Assembly (NCBI GenBank): GCA_965248925.1
Contig: CBDFLE010000005.1
Span: 512,001 to 576,000, forward strand
Direction of reading: 5' to 3'
Origin: Candidatus Multivoradales bacterium
GTDB lineage: Bacteria; Acidobacteriota; Thermoanaerobaculia; Multivoradales; J023
Length of the DNA stretch: 64,000 bases
A program made the position numbers and the translations under genes. This document shows, one piece after another, positions 30,331-40,204 of the stretch. The notes under the pieces were generated by a model. It was given only the letters and a program-made list of their open reading frames with translations. It searched no databases and had not been told where the DNA came from. Each line of letters opens with the position of its first letter. Within the stretch, counting starts at the first letter, position 1.

Positions 30331-31335
30331 ATGAGCCGGACGAGCGAACAGGCCGAGCCGCGGCAGCCGGTGGCGGCCATAGCAAGCCCTTCCGGGGCGG
30401 CCAACCCCGAGATCAGCGTGTTAGTGCCGGTGCTCGACGAAGCCGAGACCATAGAAGAGCTGTCAACCCGTGTTGCGGCGGTACTCGAGGCCGAAGGCCG
30501 GAGTTTCGAGCTGGTTTTTATCGACGACGGGTCGCGGGATGGCACCAGTGAGCAAGTGCGTCGAGTTCATCTGCGGGACGCACGCGTCAAGTTGGTGCGG
30601 CTGCGGCGCAATTTCGGCAAGGCGGCCGCCCTCTGTGCCGGCATCGAGCACAGTTCTGGCCGGCTGGTGGTGACCATCGATGGTGATTTGCAGGACCAGC
30701 CGGAGGAGATTCCGCGCTTGCTCAGCAAGTTGGAAGACGAGGACCTCGACCTGGTTTCGGGCTGGAAGCGAGATCGCCAAGACCCGATGATGAAGACCCT
30801 TCCTTCGCGGCTGTTTAATTGGGCAACCCGCAAGCTGGCCCAAGTCGACTTGCACGACTTCAACTGTGGCTTCAAAGCCTATCGCCGCGAGGCTCTCGAA
30901 CAGATTTCGATCTATGGTGAGTTGCACCGCTACATTCCGGTGTTGGCCAGCCGTCGTGGGTTCAAAATCGGCGAGGTCCGGGTCGCCCATCAGGCGCGCC
31001 TACACGGGCAGAGCAAATATGGTCTCGATCGCTTCTACAAAGGGCTTATTGACCTGATCACGGTGCTCTTCGTCACCAAGTACAGCCGTCGGCCGCTGCA
31101 TCTGTTCGGCGCCATCGGATTGGGGGCGCTTGGCCTTGGTTTGGCCATCAACACCTACCTGGCGATCCTCTGGTTTCTCGGCCAGCCGCTGTCCAGTCGT
31201 CCCTTGCTGTTGCTCGGGGTGCTGTTGATGGTGCTGGGTTTCCAAGTCCTCACTACTGGCTTGATTGGTGAGATGATCACCCTCAAGAACTTCAAACGTA
31301 GCGACAGTTACTTGATCAAAGAGCGCCTCGAGTAG
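30331..31335 (+). CDS. Glycosyltransferase family 2 (ArnC/DPM1-like, two C-terminal TMs)
   Basis: IDDGSRD, RRNFGKAAA, IDGDLQD, DFNCGFKAYR. Confidence 0.9.
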   Translation: MSRTSEQAEPRQPVAAIASPSGAANPEISVLVPVLDEAETIEELSTRVAAVLEAEGRSFELVFIDDGSRDGTSEQVRRVHLRDARVKLVRLRRNFGKAAALCAGIEHSSGRLVVTIDGDLQDQPEEIPRLLSKLEDEDLDLVSGWKRDRQDPMMKTLPSRLFNWATRKLAQVDLHDFNCGFKAYRREALEQISIYGELHRYIPVLASRRGFKIGEVRVAHQARLHGQSKYGLDRFYKGLIDLITVLFVTKYSRRPLHLFGAIGLGALGLGLAINTYLAILWFLGQPLSSRPLLLLGVLLMVLGFQVLTTGLIGEMITLKNFKRSDSYLIKERLE

Positions 31336-31372
31336 GCGCTGGGCGACTTGTATCGAGCCCTGGAGATCTCCC

Positions 31373-32587
31373 CTGGCTAAGAGATTCCTGTTCCTGACCC
31401 AGACCTATCCGCGATTTGCCGGCGACCTCAGTGGGCCGTTCATTCGCGATATTGCTCGTGCTCTGGTGCGGGGTGGTGATCGGCTGACTGTGTTGGTGCC
31501 GCACGCTGAGGACATTCCGCCACTGTGGGATGATGATGGAGTGGAGGTGCTCAGCTTTCGCTATGCCCCAGAAGCTGCCGAATTGCTGGGTTATGGACGC
31601 AGTCTTGCTGCTGACGAGACGCCCAAGATCGGCGCGGCGGCGGTTACCCCACTGTATCTGGCGGGGGCCTTGAGGGCGGTACGTGGCGAATTGGCTCGGC
31701 GACCTTACGACTTGCTGCAATGCCATTGGGTGATTCCTAACGGTTTGGTGGGAGCAACTGTTGCCGGGCGGGTGCCTCTGGCGGTGGGCTTGCACGGCAG
31801 TGATGTCTTCATGGCTGAGAAGGCCTGGGTGCGGCCGGCGGTGCGGTGGGCGCTACGCCGCACTCGGGCGTTGACCGGCTGTTCACCGGAGCTGGTGGGT
31901 CGAATCTGCACCCTCGGTTTCCCACCACAACGGTCCGAAGTGATTCCCTACGGTGTAGATTCGCAAAAATTCTCCCCCGACTCTGGGAGGAGTTCGATCT
32001 GGCGCCAGAAGCTCGGTATTCCCGCTACCGCGCCAGTGCTCTACTCGATCGGTCGGATGGCGACGAAAAAAGGCTACCAGGTCTTGATCGAGTGCCTCGA
32101 AGAGCTTTATTACCGCCATCCAGACCTGCATATCGTGTTGGCTGGCGCCGGAGATCGTCTGGCGGAGTTCCGCCGCGACAGTGAGCCGTGGCGAGAGCGA
32201 TTCCACCTGCCTGGGGCGGTGCTGCGCGACACCCTGCCGGACCTTTACCGGGCCGCCGATATCTTTGTCCTACCGGCGATACATGATCCGCAGGGCAACG
32301 TCGATGGCTTGCCGAATGTGTTGCTGGAGGCGATGGCCAGCAGCTTGCCGGTGGTGTCGACCAATATTTCCGGTATCCCTTTGGCGATCGACGATGGGGT
32401 CGAGGGCTACTTGGTGCAAGAACAGGATCCGGCGGCGCTACTCGATGCTCTGGACCGCACCCTCTCGGACCCCGAGCGGGGCCGGGCGATGGGAGCCGCC
32501 GGACGCGCTCGGGTGGAACGCGATTTGACCTGGGACGCCGTCGGCGCGCGCTATCGAGGGGCATATGAGAGGGCGATGGCGGGTTGA
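31373..32587 (+). CDS. Glycosyltransferase family 4 (probable CTG start)
   Basis: Frame is open upstream of the ORF call, giving KRFLFLTQTYPRFAGD; HWVIPNG, HGSDV, DGLPNVLLEAMA. Confidence 0.88.
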   Translation: MAKRFLFLTQTYPRFAGDLSGPFIRDIARALVRGGDRLTVLVPHAEDIPPLWDDDGVEVLSFRYAPEAAELLGYGRSLAADETPKIGAAAVTPLYLAGALRAVRGELARRPYDLLQCHWVIPNGLVGATVAGRVPLAVGLHGSDVFMAEKAWVRPAVRWALRRTRALTGCSPELVGRICTLGFPPQRSEVIPYGVDSQKFSPDSGRSSIWRQKLGIPATAPVLYSIGRMATKKGYQVLIECLEELYYRHPDLHIVLAGAGDRLAEFRRDSEPWRERFHLPGAVLRDTLPDLYRAADIFVLPAIHDPQGNVDGLPNVLLEAMASSLPVVSTNISGIPLAIDDGVEGYLVQEQDPAALLDALDRTLSDPERGRAMGAAGRARVERDLTWDAVGARYRGAYERAMAG

Positions 32588-32618
32588 GGCCGGCTCGATA
32601 GCGCGATAAGGCGCTGCC

Positions 32619-33059
32619 TTACCGCTCCTCGAGCTGGACTCGCAATCCTTCTTCTCGGGCGGCGGTGATCAGACGCTGATCAAAGGCTAGAAACCCCACC
32701 TCGACACGCAGTTCGCGAGCGAAGACGACGGCCGAGGCGAGCTGCACTGCATCGCCCGCGCGCAGCGAGTGGTGGCGCAACAGCACCTGGCTGCATTGGG
32801 TAATGTCGCGAGTCAGCTCGACTATGTAGAGTTCTTCGAAATCCGCTGCCACAGCCGCCAACGCGCGATCCCGTTCGACGGCCGAGAACGCTTTCTCACG
32901 GCAGCGCCGGGCAAGCGCCGAGGAGATTTCCACCATGCTCAGCCGGGCAGTGGCGACTGACGTCCGACGCATCAGCTGACGCACCTGGTCGCTGCCGGTT
33001 TCTTCCAGGTAGCGTTTGACCAGGGCGCTGGCATCGAGATACCAGATAGAGAGTTTCAG
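32619..33059 (-). CDS. vapC: VapC-family PIN-domain toxin (probable CTG start)
   Basis: Upstream extension reads WYLDASALVKRYLEETGS; later LRAGDAVQLASA and FDQRL. Confidence 0.88.
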   Translation of the reverse strand: MKLSIWYLDASALVKRYLEETGSDQVRQLMRRTSVATARLSMVEISSALARRCREKAFSAVERDRALAAVAADFEELYIVELTRDITQCSQVLLRHHSLRAGDAVQLASAVVFARELRVEVGFLAFDQRLITAAREEGLRVQLEER

Positions 33060-33376
33060 AAGCGGTCCCTTCGGTCCTCGATCACCGCCTCACTCGCCGC
33101 GGCCCCGAGATTTTGCACCGGCTCAAACTCGACCAGTGGGCCACGCTCGCGAATCTCACCCCCCAGAAGACCCCTCGCGGCCAGGCCGGCCAGGGCATAG
33201 GACAGGCCGCCAGACTCGAGGGAGAGCGGTCTGAGTTCGGCTACAGGTCTGCCGCGCTCAGTGACAATCAAGGTCGCGCCTTCGCTGACCTGACGCAGAT
33301 AGGTTCCCAAGCGAGTCTTGAGCTCACGGGCTCCGACGGCGGTCGGCGGATTTGGCAAGTCTGCTGAGTTGTCCAT
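33056..33376 (-). CDS. Phd/YefM-family antitoxin
   Basis: VGARELKTRLGTYLRQV..IVTERGRPVAEL; overlaps the toxin by 4 nt. Confidence 0.9.
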   Translation of the reverse strand: MDNSADLPNPPTAVGARELKTRLGTYLRQVSEGATLIVTERGRPVAELRPLSLESGGLSYALAGLAARGLLGGEIRERGPLVEFEPVQNLGAAASEAVIEDRRDRF

Positions 33377-33411
33377 GTGGTCATTGTGGTCGCAAAGACG
33401 CCGAGTGTCAA
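33377..33411 (-). promoter_or_regulatory. Sigma70 promoter of the TA operon (leaderless)
   Basis: TTGACA (33406-33411)-17 nt-CACAAT (33383-33388)-6 nt-ATG; direct repeat GACCACA x2 overlaps the -10. Confidence 0.65.
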
Positions 33412-33432
33412 GCCTGGGATCCCGGACTCAGG

Positions 33433-35223
33433 CTAACGGGTGCTCAAGGAGAGGCGCTGCGGCAGGTTACTGCGCAGAATGACCAGCTCCAAAGTCGCTC
33501 CCGGCACCTGCCGTGCGATGTAGGCCCGTAGTTGATCGGCATCGCTCACCGTGCGGCCGTCGACCCGCAGCACGAGGTCATTGACCCGCAGGCCGGCGCG
33601 CTCCCCCGAGCTTGCTGGCTCCACCGTCTGAATCAGCGTGCCGCTGAGCCCGAAGGAGCCGTAGTCGATCGGCGAGAAGCGCAACCCCAGCAGCGCCGGG
33701 ACACCCTTGGTTGAGCCATTGGGCGGCGCCAGAGTTGTTGGCTGGGTGCCTGCCGCTGCCGGCTTTCGGCCCGTCGTTGGGCGGCTGCTGGGTGACGGTG
33801 AGCGCAAGGTGGGGGAAGTTCCTGCACCGCGACGTTCGACAGCTTGCAGGTTCCTTCTCGCGTCCTCGAAATCGGGTTGGATCGACAAGGCTCTCTCGAA
33901 CGACTGGCGGGCGAGGGAATATTCACCGCGGGAGGCATGGAGGCTACCCAGGTTGTTGTGGGCTTCGGCGCGGGTGGGATCTTGAGCAATGGCCTGCTGG
34001 AAGCTGGCCGCCGCCGACTCTATTTCTCCGAGAGCCTGTTGGCAGAGGCCTAGATAGAGCCAAGGATCTACCAGGCTTGGCTGCCAGTCGATGGCCCGCT
34101 GGGCTTGGCGAGCGGAATCTGTATATTGGCCTTGGTCATAGTAGTAGCGCGCCAGTTGAATAGCGGCCGAGATAGCAAACCCGGCGGCGTTCCGTGGATC
34201 CTGGCGAAACACCGTCTCCAGAGCTTCTACCGCACCCCGCGGGTTGCCGAGGCCCCGTTGGGCGATGCCGAGATTGAGCCACAGGCCGGCATTGTCCGGG
34301 TACTTGCCGGTGGCCTCTAGGAGCAGGCCCACCGCGGCGGTCCAATCTTCGGCGTCGAGGTAGGCCAGAGCCAGGTTGTTGAGCACACTGGGGTCATTGG
34401 GTAGAGCGTCGTAGGCGCGACGAAAGGCCGCGGCGGCTTCTTGCTTGCGACCCAGCCGGCGCCGGGTAACTCCTAAATTGGTCCACGCGGAAGCGTTGCC
34501 TGGATCGAGTTCTACGGCCTGGGCAAGAGCGTCCTCGGCCTCGGCATAGAGCTGGCGCGAGTTGAATAAGAAACCTAGATTGGTCAGTGCCAGGGCGCGG
34601 GTCTGCGGACTGACGGACTCGGGTTGCGCAGCAGCTAGCGCCAGCACTTTTTGGAAACCGGCCATGGCTGCCTCGGCATGCTCCTGGTAGAGATCGACCA
34701 GTGCCAGGTTATACAGCGCGGTTGGCTGGTTGGGGAGAGTGTCGAGAGCACTCAGCAGCAGTTGACGAGCAGCTGGCCATTCGCGCTGGCGGATCTTCTC
34801 CAACGCTTGGTTGATTTGCTGGTTGCCACTGCGTTGACGTCGATTCTCGGCAAGTTGCCGCGCTTCAATAAAGAGATCACGGAAGCCGTCACTGTAGAGT
34901 TCGGCGCGGAACGGCGTCTCGGGGAGCAGCTCTAGAGCCTTGGCGAGAGTTTCAGTCGCGCCGCGGTCGTAGTTGGATAGATGCTCGATCCAGGCGATAG
35001 TCATCCAGACTCGCACTTTCTCGGTGGCTGCCGGCAGACGGTCGGCGAGTTGGCGATAGAGAGCGATCGCTCCGGCCAAGTCGTCTTCCTCGAAGCGGCC
35101 CTCAGCGAGCCGTTCGAGATCCGCGGTGGCGGTGGTTTGCGCCTTGCTCCAGGTCGGTAGCAGACAGCTGCCAACCACCAGCAGCAATGCTCCCAGGCTT
35201 TTGCAGAATTGGCTAGTTCTCAT
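33433..35223 (-). CDS. Secreted TPR-repeat protein with C-terminal PDZ domain
   Basis: Signal peptide, many TPRs (AWTNLGV, AHNNLG), Pro/Thr linker, AGLRVNDLVLRVDG. Confidence 0.85.
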   Translation of the reverse strand: MRTSQFCKSLGALLLVVGSCLLPTWSKAQTTATADLERLAEGRFEEDDLAGAIALYRQLADRLPAATEKVRVWMTIAWIEHLSNYDRGATETLAKALELLPETPFRAELYSDGFRDLFIEARQLAENRRQRSGNQQINQALEKIRQREWPAARQLLLSALDTLPNQPTALYNLALVDLYQEHAEAAMAGFQKVLALAAAQPESVSPQTRALALTNLGFLFNSRQLYAEAEDALAQAVELDPGNASAWTNLGVTRRRLGRKQEAAAAFRRAYDALPNDPSVLNNLALAYLDAEDWTAAVGLLLEATGKYPDNAGLWLNLGIAQRGLGNPRGAVEALETVFRQDPRNAAGFAISAAIQLARYYYDQGQYTDSARQAQRAIDWQPSLVDPWLYLGLCQQALGEIESAAASFQQAIAQDPTRAEAHNNLGSLHASRGEYSLARQSFERALSIQPDFEDARRNLQAVERRGAGTSPTLRSPSPSSRPTTGRKPAAAGTQPTTLAPPNGSTKGVPALLGLRFSPIDYGSFGLSGTLIQTVEPASSGERAGLRVNDLVLRVDGRTVSDADQLRAYIARQVPGATLELVILRSNLPQRLSLSTR

Positions 35224-35287
35224 CACATTTCCGGTCGCTAAGTAGTAGGGCCCCCCCCCGGCACAGATTCGGCCGGAGTCCGCCCGC

Positions 35288-37246
35288 CTAAGGCTGCAAT
35301 GCTTTGCTGCGCACGGTCGGCTCAAGCCCGCTTTCTAGATCAAAGGTAACGATGGTTTCCCGGCCCGACTCCACCGCCACCGCCTGGGTCTGGTGTTTGC
35401 CGGTGCCTGCACTGAGCGGGCGGATCTCCACCAGGTAATGGGCGGGCGCCAACCAGAGGTGGCTGACGGGACTAGGTAGCGAATCAGCTCCGTTGATGGA
35501 GACTTGCCCTTGTGGCCGGCCGGGGCGGGCACGCACGCTTAGCGCACCCGGCTGAGCGATGGGCGAGGCTCTGCTCAGCCGCTCACCCTCGCCGAGGCGC
35601 ACCAGGACTTCCTCAGCCGTGGAGTAGTGTGCCGTTCTGAGGTTGAAGTTCAGTCGGTAGGTGCCAGGATTGAGCTCGAACACACGTTGACGGGTAAGAG
35701 GATGCAGCCTTCCGGCGCGGCCGAAACGAACGGTCATCGCGTCAGTCCAGGCAACGGCCGGTACGATCAAAGTTGCCTTGGCCGGGGTTCTGGGTTCGTT
35801 CGCTGTAGGAGTTGCAGGCTGCTCGGTCGCTCCGGTTGTCGCCACCCCTGCTTCGGTGGCACCTCTACGGCCTGTCGGTACCTCTGCCGAGTCAGGCCCG
35901 CCGGCGGTAGGTGAAGGTGTGGAGGTCGCATTGACCGCTTGCGACTGCTCGGAACTCGGCCGGCCGCCGCCATTTGCTAGGCTACGATCGGCGGCGGCCG
36001 CTATCCCAGAGCTGGCTTCTGCTGCTGAGTCTCTGTGTTCGAGCGTCTGGCGGTCGGCGGCGCCCGAGGTTGCGCTTAGTGTTGTCGCCGTGGGACCAGG
36101 GTGCTTCTCGGCTGGCGCCGACAGTGCTAACCAGCCTCGTTCGATAGCGATCTGGCGTAGTCTTGGCGACTGCCAACCAAGGGCGGCAGCAGCTGCGGCT
36201 GCCAACAAAAGTGCGGTCCACAAGGCTCGGCGCCGGGGCTTGGCAGCGGCGTGGAAAGAGCTACCGCCGGCAGCCGCTGCGGCCGGATCGAGAACTATCT
36301 GATCGAGGCGCTCGTCGGAGGACTGGCTTGCGACTTCTGATGCAGGCGGTGGTGAGCTTTCGCGGTGGGCGGCGATGGTGGTGAGGGCGCTGGTATCTAT
36401 GGAGCGAGTCTCGTGCACCACGCGGCCCTGGCGCTGCATTTGCTCTAGCTGCTCAAGCAGCTCGCGGCCATTGCAAAAACGGCTCTTGGGGTCCTTGGCA
36501 AGGCACCGCTCGATTAGCTGTGCCATCGGTTTTGGCACCTCAGGACGTTGCTCTTCGACCCGTGGTGGTCGTTGGTGCAGAATTTGGTAGAGCACGGCTG
36601 AAATCTGCTCGCCCTTAAAGGGGCGTTGACCGACGATCAGCTCGTAAGCGGTGACGCCGAACGAGAAGATGTCGGTCGCGTCGCTGACACTGTTGCCTTG
36701 AATCTGCTCCGGCGCTAAGTAGGCGGCGGTGCCGAGGGTCATTCCGACTTCGGTAAGACCACTCTGCTGCTGGGCGAGTTTGGCGATTCCAAAGTCCAAG
36801 ATCTTTGCCGTGCCGTCGTCCAGAATCCTGATATTGGCCGGTTTGATGTCGCGATGGATGACTCCTTTTCTGTGGGCATGGGCCAAACCACGGGCGACTT
36901 GCAGCAGATAATAGAGCTGTTCCGGGAAGGGTAGAAAATCTCGCCGCTGTATCTTGTGGTCGAGATCCTCACCGCTGAGGTATTCCTGCACCAAATAGGG
37001 CCAGTCCTCGGCGATTCCGAAGTCATAGACAGTGGTGATGTTGCGATGGGCGAGGCGACCAGCAATCTCAGCTTCCTGGAAGAAGCGCTGGCGAATCTCA
37101 GGGTTGTCCGAATGGCAAGTCTTGACGGCTACGAAGCGCTTGATGAAAGGGTCGCGAGCTTTGAAGACAGCACCAAACCCACCAGCGCCTATTTGCTCGA
37201 TGATCTCGTACTTACCAATCTTTCGCGGGGTTTCTCTAGCTGCCAT
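35288..37246 (-). CDS. Membrane-anchored Hanks-type Ser/Thr kinase with PEGA-like C-terminus
   Basis: IGAGGFG, VAVK, HRDIKPAN, DFG, YLAPEQ; TM; extracytoplasmic beta domains. Confidence 0.92.
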   Translation of the reverse strand: MAARETPRKIGKYEIIEQIGAGGFGAVFKARDPFIKRFVAVKTCHSDNPEIRQRFFQEAEIAGRLAHRNITTVYDFGIAEDWPYLVQEYLSGEDLDHKIQRRDFLPFPEQLYYLLQVARGLAHAHRKGVIHRDIKPANIRILDDGTAKILDFGIAKLAQQQSGLTEVGMTLGTAAYLAPEQIQGNSVSDATDIFSFGVTAYELIVGQRPFKGEQISAVLYQILHQRPPRVEEQRPEVPKPMAQLIERCLAKDPKSRFCNGRELLEQLEQMQRQGRVVHETRSIDTSALTTIAAHRESSPPPASEVASQSSDERLDQIVLDPAAAAAGGSSFHAAAKPRRRALWTALLLAAAAAAALGWQSPRLRQIAIERGWLALSAPAEKHPGPTATTLSATSGAADRQTLEHRDSAAEASSGIAAAADRSLANGGGRPSSEQSQAVNATSTPSPTAGGPDSAEVPTGRRGATEAGVATTGATEQPATPTANEPRTPAKATLIVPAVAWTDAMTVRFGRAGRLHPLTRQRVFELNPGTYRLNFNLRTAHYSTAEEVLVRLGEGERLSRASPIAQPGALSVRARPGRPQGQVSINGADSLPSPVSHLWLAPAHYLVEIRPLSAGTGKHQTQAVAVESGRETIVTFDLESGLEPTVRSKALQP

Positions 37247-37300
37247 GAAGAGTACGTCCAAGGATCCGAGTACATGCTAGCACGGTGCCGAGGCTGGCCT

Positions 37301-38887
37301 TCACGGGTCGCTGCCGACCCGAGCCTGATCGATGCGAGCCCGCAGCGGATCGGCTGCGTCGAATTCCCCTAGCAGCTCGACGGCGAAGCGTAGTGCTTGC
37401 GCCGCGGTGCTCGGGTCGCCATCGGCTAGCAAACGCTCGATCGAGGCAACCGCTTCGTTCTGCCGGCGGCGGTTGGTGTTGCCAGGATCAGGTTCGGCGA
37501 GGGCTTCGTTGCGCAATTCATCAATGGCTCGCCGGCCAGCAGTATTGCGCGGGTCGAGTTCCTCGATCCAGCCCGCAAGATCCTCAGCTACCACCAAGGG
37601 AAGGCGGCGGCTTCCGCGGAGATGGGCTAGGGTACCGGCGAGACGAACCGCTTGCCGGGCACCGTCCTCGCGCACCGTATCGAGTTGTTGCGCCAGTGCT
37701 GCCCGAGCCAGACCGCGCAAGTGAACGATGGCGGTGGCGAGGTCGGCGTCAAGGGTCGCTGCCAAGCGCATGTTGGCCGCGGCTCGACCGAGGTGCCCTT
37801 TCACCAGCCGATCCTCGATCAGGGCCACGGTGGCGGCGGAACCGCAGTCGGCCGAGGCAGTGGGTAGCGAGGGGGCCGGTGGTGCGCTGGCGGCCCCGGT
37901 CCAGAAGCTCTCTAGCAGACGTTCCGCTTCGGCTTGGCCAGGCTCAATCTCGAGTACCTCTCGCAGCATCACCTCGGCCCGCTTGGCTTTGCCCTCATTC
38001 AGCAGTTGGCGGGCCCGCTGTAGCAGACCGCGAACTTGCACAGAATGTTCACTGGCCGCCTCACTCTCGACCAGGGGCAAGCGAGTGCTTGCGGTGTGCT
38101 CGGTGCGAAAAGCCTCTAAGGCTGCCAACAACTCGCTGCTGGCGGAATACCGCTGTTCCGGGTCCTTGCGTAGACAGCGCTCAATTACTTTCGCCAAGTC
38201 CGCGGGACAGTCAGTGAGCCGTTGCGGCTCGGATTCCAACAGAGCGTCGATCAGAGCAGGTATGTTGCGGCCGACGAATGGACGGCGGAAGGTGATCAGC
38301 TCGTAGGCCAGCACGCCGGTGGAGAAGATATCGGATCGCGGGCTGCCGGGCTCTCCCAGTAGGCGCTCGGGTGGCAAATAGGCGACGGTACCCAAGGTCA
38401 TGCCCGCTTGGGTGAGCTGGCTGTCGACCGCCGACAGTTTGGCGGTGCCGAAGTCCATGATCTTGACCAGGCCACTATCCAGCACCCTGATATTGCTCGG
38501 TTTGATGTCGCGGTGAATCACTCCTTGGCCGTGAGCATGCGCGAGGCCGCGCACGATCTGGGTGAGGATGTCGATCTTCTCTTCCAGAAATGCTGGTTCC
38601 TGGCGGCGAATCTGCTGAGCTAGATCTTCGCCTGGCAGATATTCCTCAACCAGGTAGGGCCTCTGACCCTCAAGTCCGAAATCGTAGACCGCGGTGATGT
38701 TGCGATGGGCGAGGCGGCCGGCGATCTCGGCTTCGCGATAGAACCTCTTGCGGGTCTCGGCATCGTTCGCGAGGCAAATCTTGATCGCCACCGGTCGCTT
38801 GATGAAGGGATCGTAGCCCTTGTAGACCACCGCGAAGCCACCGACGCCGATTTTCTCTAGGACTTTGTACTTGCCGATGTTTTGCAT
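37301..38887 (-). CDS. Cytoplasmic Hanks-type Ser/Thr kinase with helical/TPR-like C-terminus
   Basis: IGVGGFA, VAIK, HRDIKPSN, DFG, YLPPER; start at MQNIGKY. Confidence 0.92.
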   Translation of the reverse strand: MQNIGKYKVLEKIGVGGFAVVYKGYDPFIKRPVAIKICLANDAETRKRFYREAEIAGRLAHRNITAVYDFGLEGQRPYLVEEYLPGEDLAQQIRRQEPAFLEEKIDILTQIVRGLAHAHGQGVIHRDIKPSNIRVLDSGLVKIMDFGTAKLSAVDSQLTQAGMTLGTVAYLPPERLLGEPGSPRSDIFSTGVLAYELITFRRPFVGRNIPALIDALLESEPQRLTDCPADLAKVIERCLRKDPEQRYSASSELLAALEAFRTEHTASTRLPLVESEAASEHSVQVRGLLQRARQLLNEGKAKRAEVMLREVLEIEPGQAEAERLLESFWTGAASAPPAPSLPTASADCGSAATVALIEDRLVKGHLGRAAANMRLAATLDADLATAIVHLRGLARAALAQQLDTVREDGARQAVRLAGTLAHLRGSRRLPLVVAEDLAGWIEELDPRNTAGRRAIDELRNEALAEPDPGNTNRRRQNEAVASIERLLADGDPSTAAQALRFAVELLGEFDAADPLRARIDQARVGSDP

Positions 38888-38998
38888 GAGGTGTGCAGGC
38901 CGGCGGGCGAGCTGGGAAAGGTAAATCCTACCACCATGGGAGCTAGGTCGGGCGGACCCGTTTGCCATCCAGGCGCTAAGTGCTACAGTTTCGCGATC

Positions 38999-40162
38999 AT
39001 GTCGCAACTTACTGCCGAATCGTCCTGGGCACGCCATCTCCGCTGCTCTGTGAGCGCAGACACGGCGCCGCTCAAGCAGCTCGCTACCCTCTCTCCCGAG
39101 GGCGCTCCATGGTTGGTTAGCTATGAGCTGGACAAGGCAAAGGGTCGGCACCTACGGGCAGCGCTCAGCACCCGGCCCTGGTCCCTGTGGCGCTACCAAG
39201 AGCTGTTGCCGTTGACAGATTTCGCGGCGCGGATTGACCTTGGCGAGGGCGCCACGCCTCTTTTCTCGCTACGCGCCGGGGCGCCTGCCGGGGTCGAGGT
39301 GTTGATCAAGCAAGAAGGCGGCAATCCCACCGGTTCATTCAAGGATCGGGGTTTGTCGTTGGCGGTCAATCGAGCGCGCGAGCTGGGGGCGGTTGGAGTG
39401 GAACTAGCCAGTGCCGGCAATGCCGCGCTGGCACTGGCGGCCTATGCTGCGGCTGGTGGCTTGGCGGCCCGCGTCGCACTGCCAGTGTGTACGCCAGCTG
39501 AAGTCGAGCGACGCTGCCGCTTGCTGGGCGCTGAAGTGCTCTGCGATGGGGCCAACCTGGTGCAATCTGCGGCCCTCTTGGCAGCGGAGCCGAGCGGCTA
39601 TTTCGGTGTCTCGACCTTCCGTGAGCCCTACCGGGTCGAAGGTAAGAAGACCCTGGGGCTGGAGATCGCCGAACAGTTGGACTGGCGGCTGCCCGATTGG
39701 CTGGTCTATCCGACCGGTGGCGGCACTGGCGTGGTCGGCATGGCCAAAGCTTTCGACGAACTCGAACAACTCGGTTTGATCGGTCCTCAACGTCCCCGCT
39801 GGGCGGTGGTGCAAATGGCCGGCTGTGCCCCCTTGGTGCGCGCGTTCGATGCTGGTGCCGAGCGCGCCGAGCCGTGGCAAGATCCTGACACTTTGGTCTG
39901 GGGCCTGCGGGTTCCCAAGTCACTGGCGGATTTCATGATCCTAAAAACCCTGGCCAAAAGCGACGGGGTAGCGCTGGCCATGGATGAGAACAAGCTCGAC
40001 GAGGCCCAGCACCGATTGGCGCGCGACTGCGGCTTGATTTTCGGCCCTGAAGGCGCCGCCTGCATGATGGCGGTGGAGGAGCTAGCGCGGCGCGGCGAGA
40101 TTCGCCGAGGGCAGCGGGTGGTGGTGTTCCAGACTGGCAACCCGTCGAGCTATGGCGATTGA
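38999..40162 (+). CDS. thrC: Threonine synthase-like PLP enzyme
   Basis: LGEGATPL, NPTGSFKDRG, ASAGNA, YRVEGKKT, PTGGG. Confidence 0.8.
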   Translation: MSQLTAESSWARHLRCSVSADTAPLKQLATLSPEGAPWLVSYELDKAKGRHLRAALSTRPWSLWRYQELLPLTDFAARIDLGEGATPLFSLRAGAPAGVEVLIKQEGGNPTGSFKDRGLSLAVNRARELGAVGVELASAGNAALALAAYAAAGGLAARVALPVCTPAEVERRCRLLGAEVLCDGANLVQSAALLAAEPSGYFGVSTFREPYRVEGKKTLGLEIAEQLDWRLPDWLVYPTGGGTGVVGMAKAFDELEQLGLIGPQRPRWAVVQMAGCAPLVRAFDAGAERAEPWQDPDTLVWGLRVPKSLADFMILKTLAKSDGVALAMDENKLDEAQHRLARDCGLIFGPEGAACMMAVEELARRGEIRRGQRVVVFQTGNPSSYGD

Positions 40163-40204
40163 ATCTCTAGTCGGCGCAAACCAGCCCACTCAAGGAGCCC
40201 TCGC

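Noticed and set aside
35251-35259. C9 tract upstream of the TPR-PDZ gene as a phase-variable promoter
   Set aside because: No convincing -35/-10 pair brackets it, and variation cannot be seen in a single sequence.
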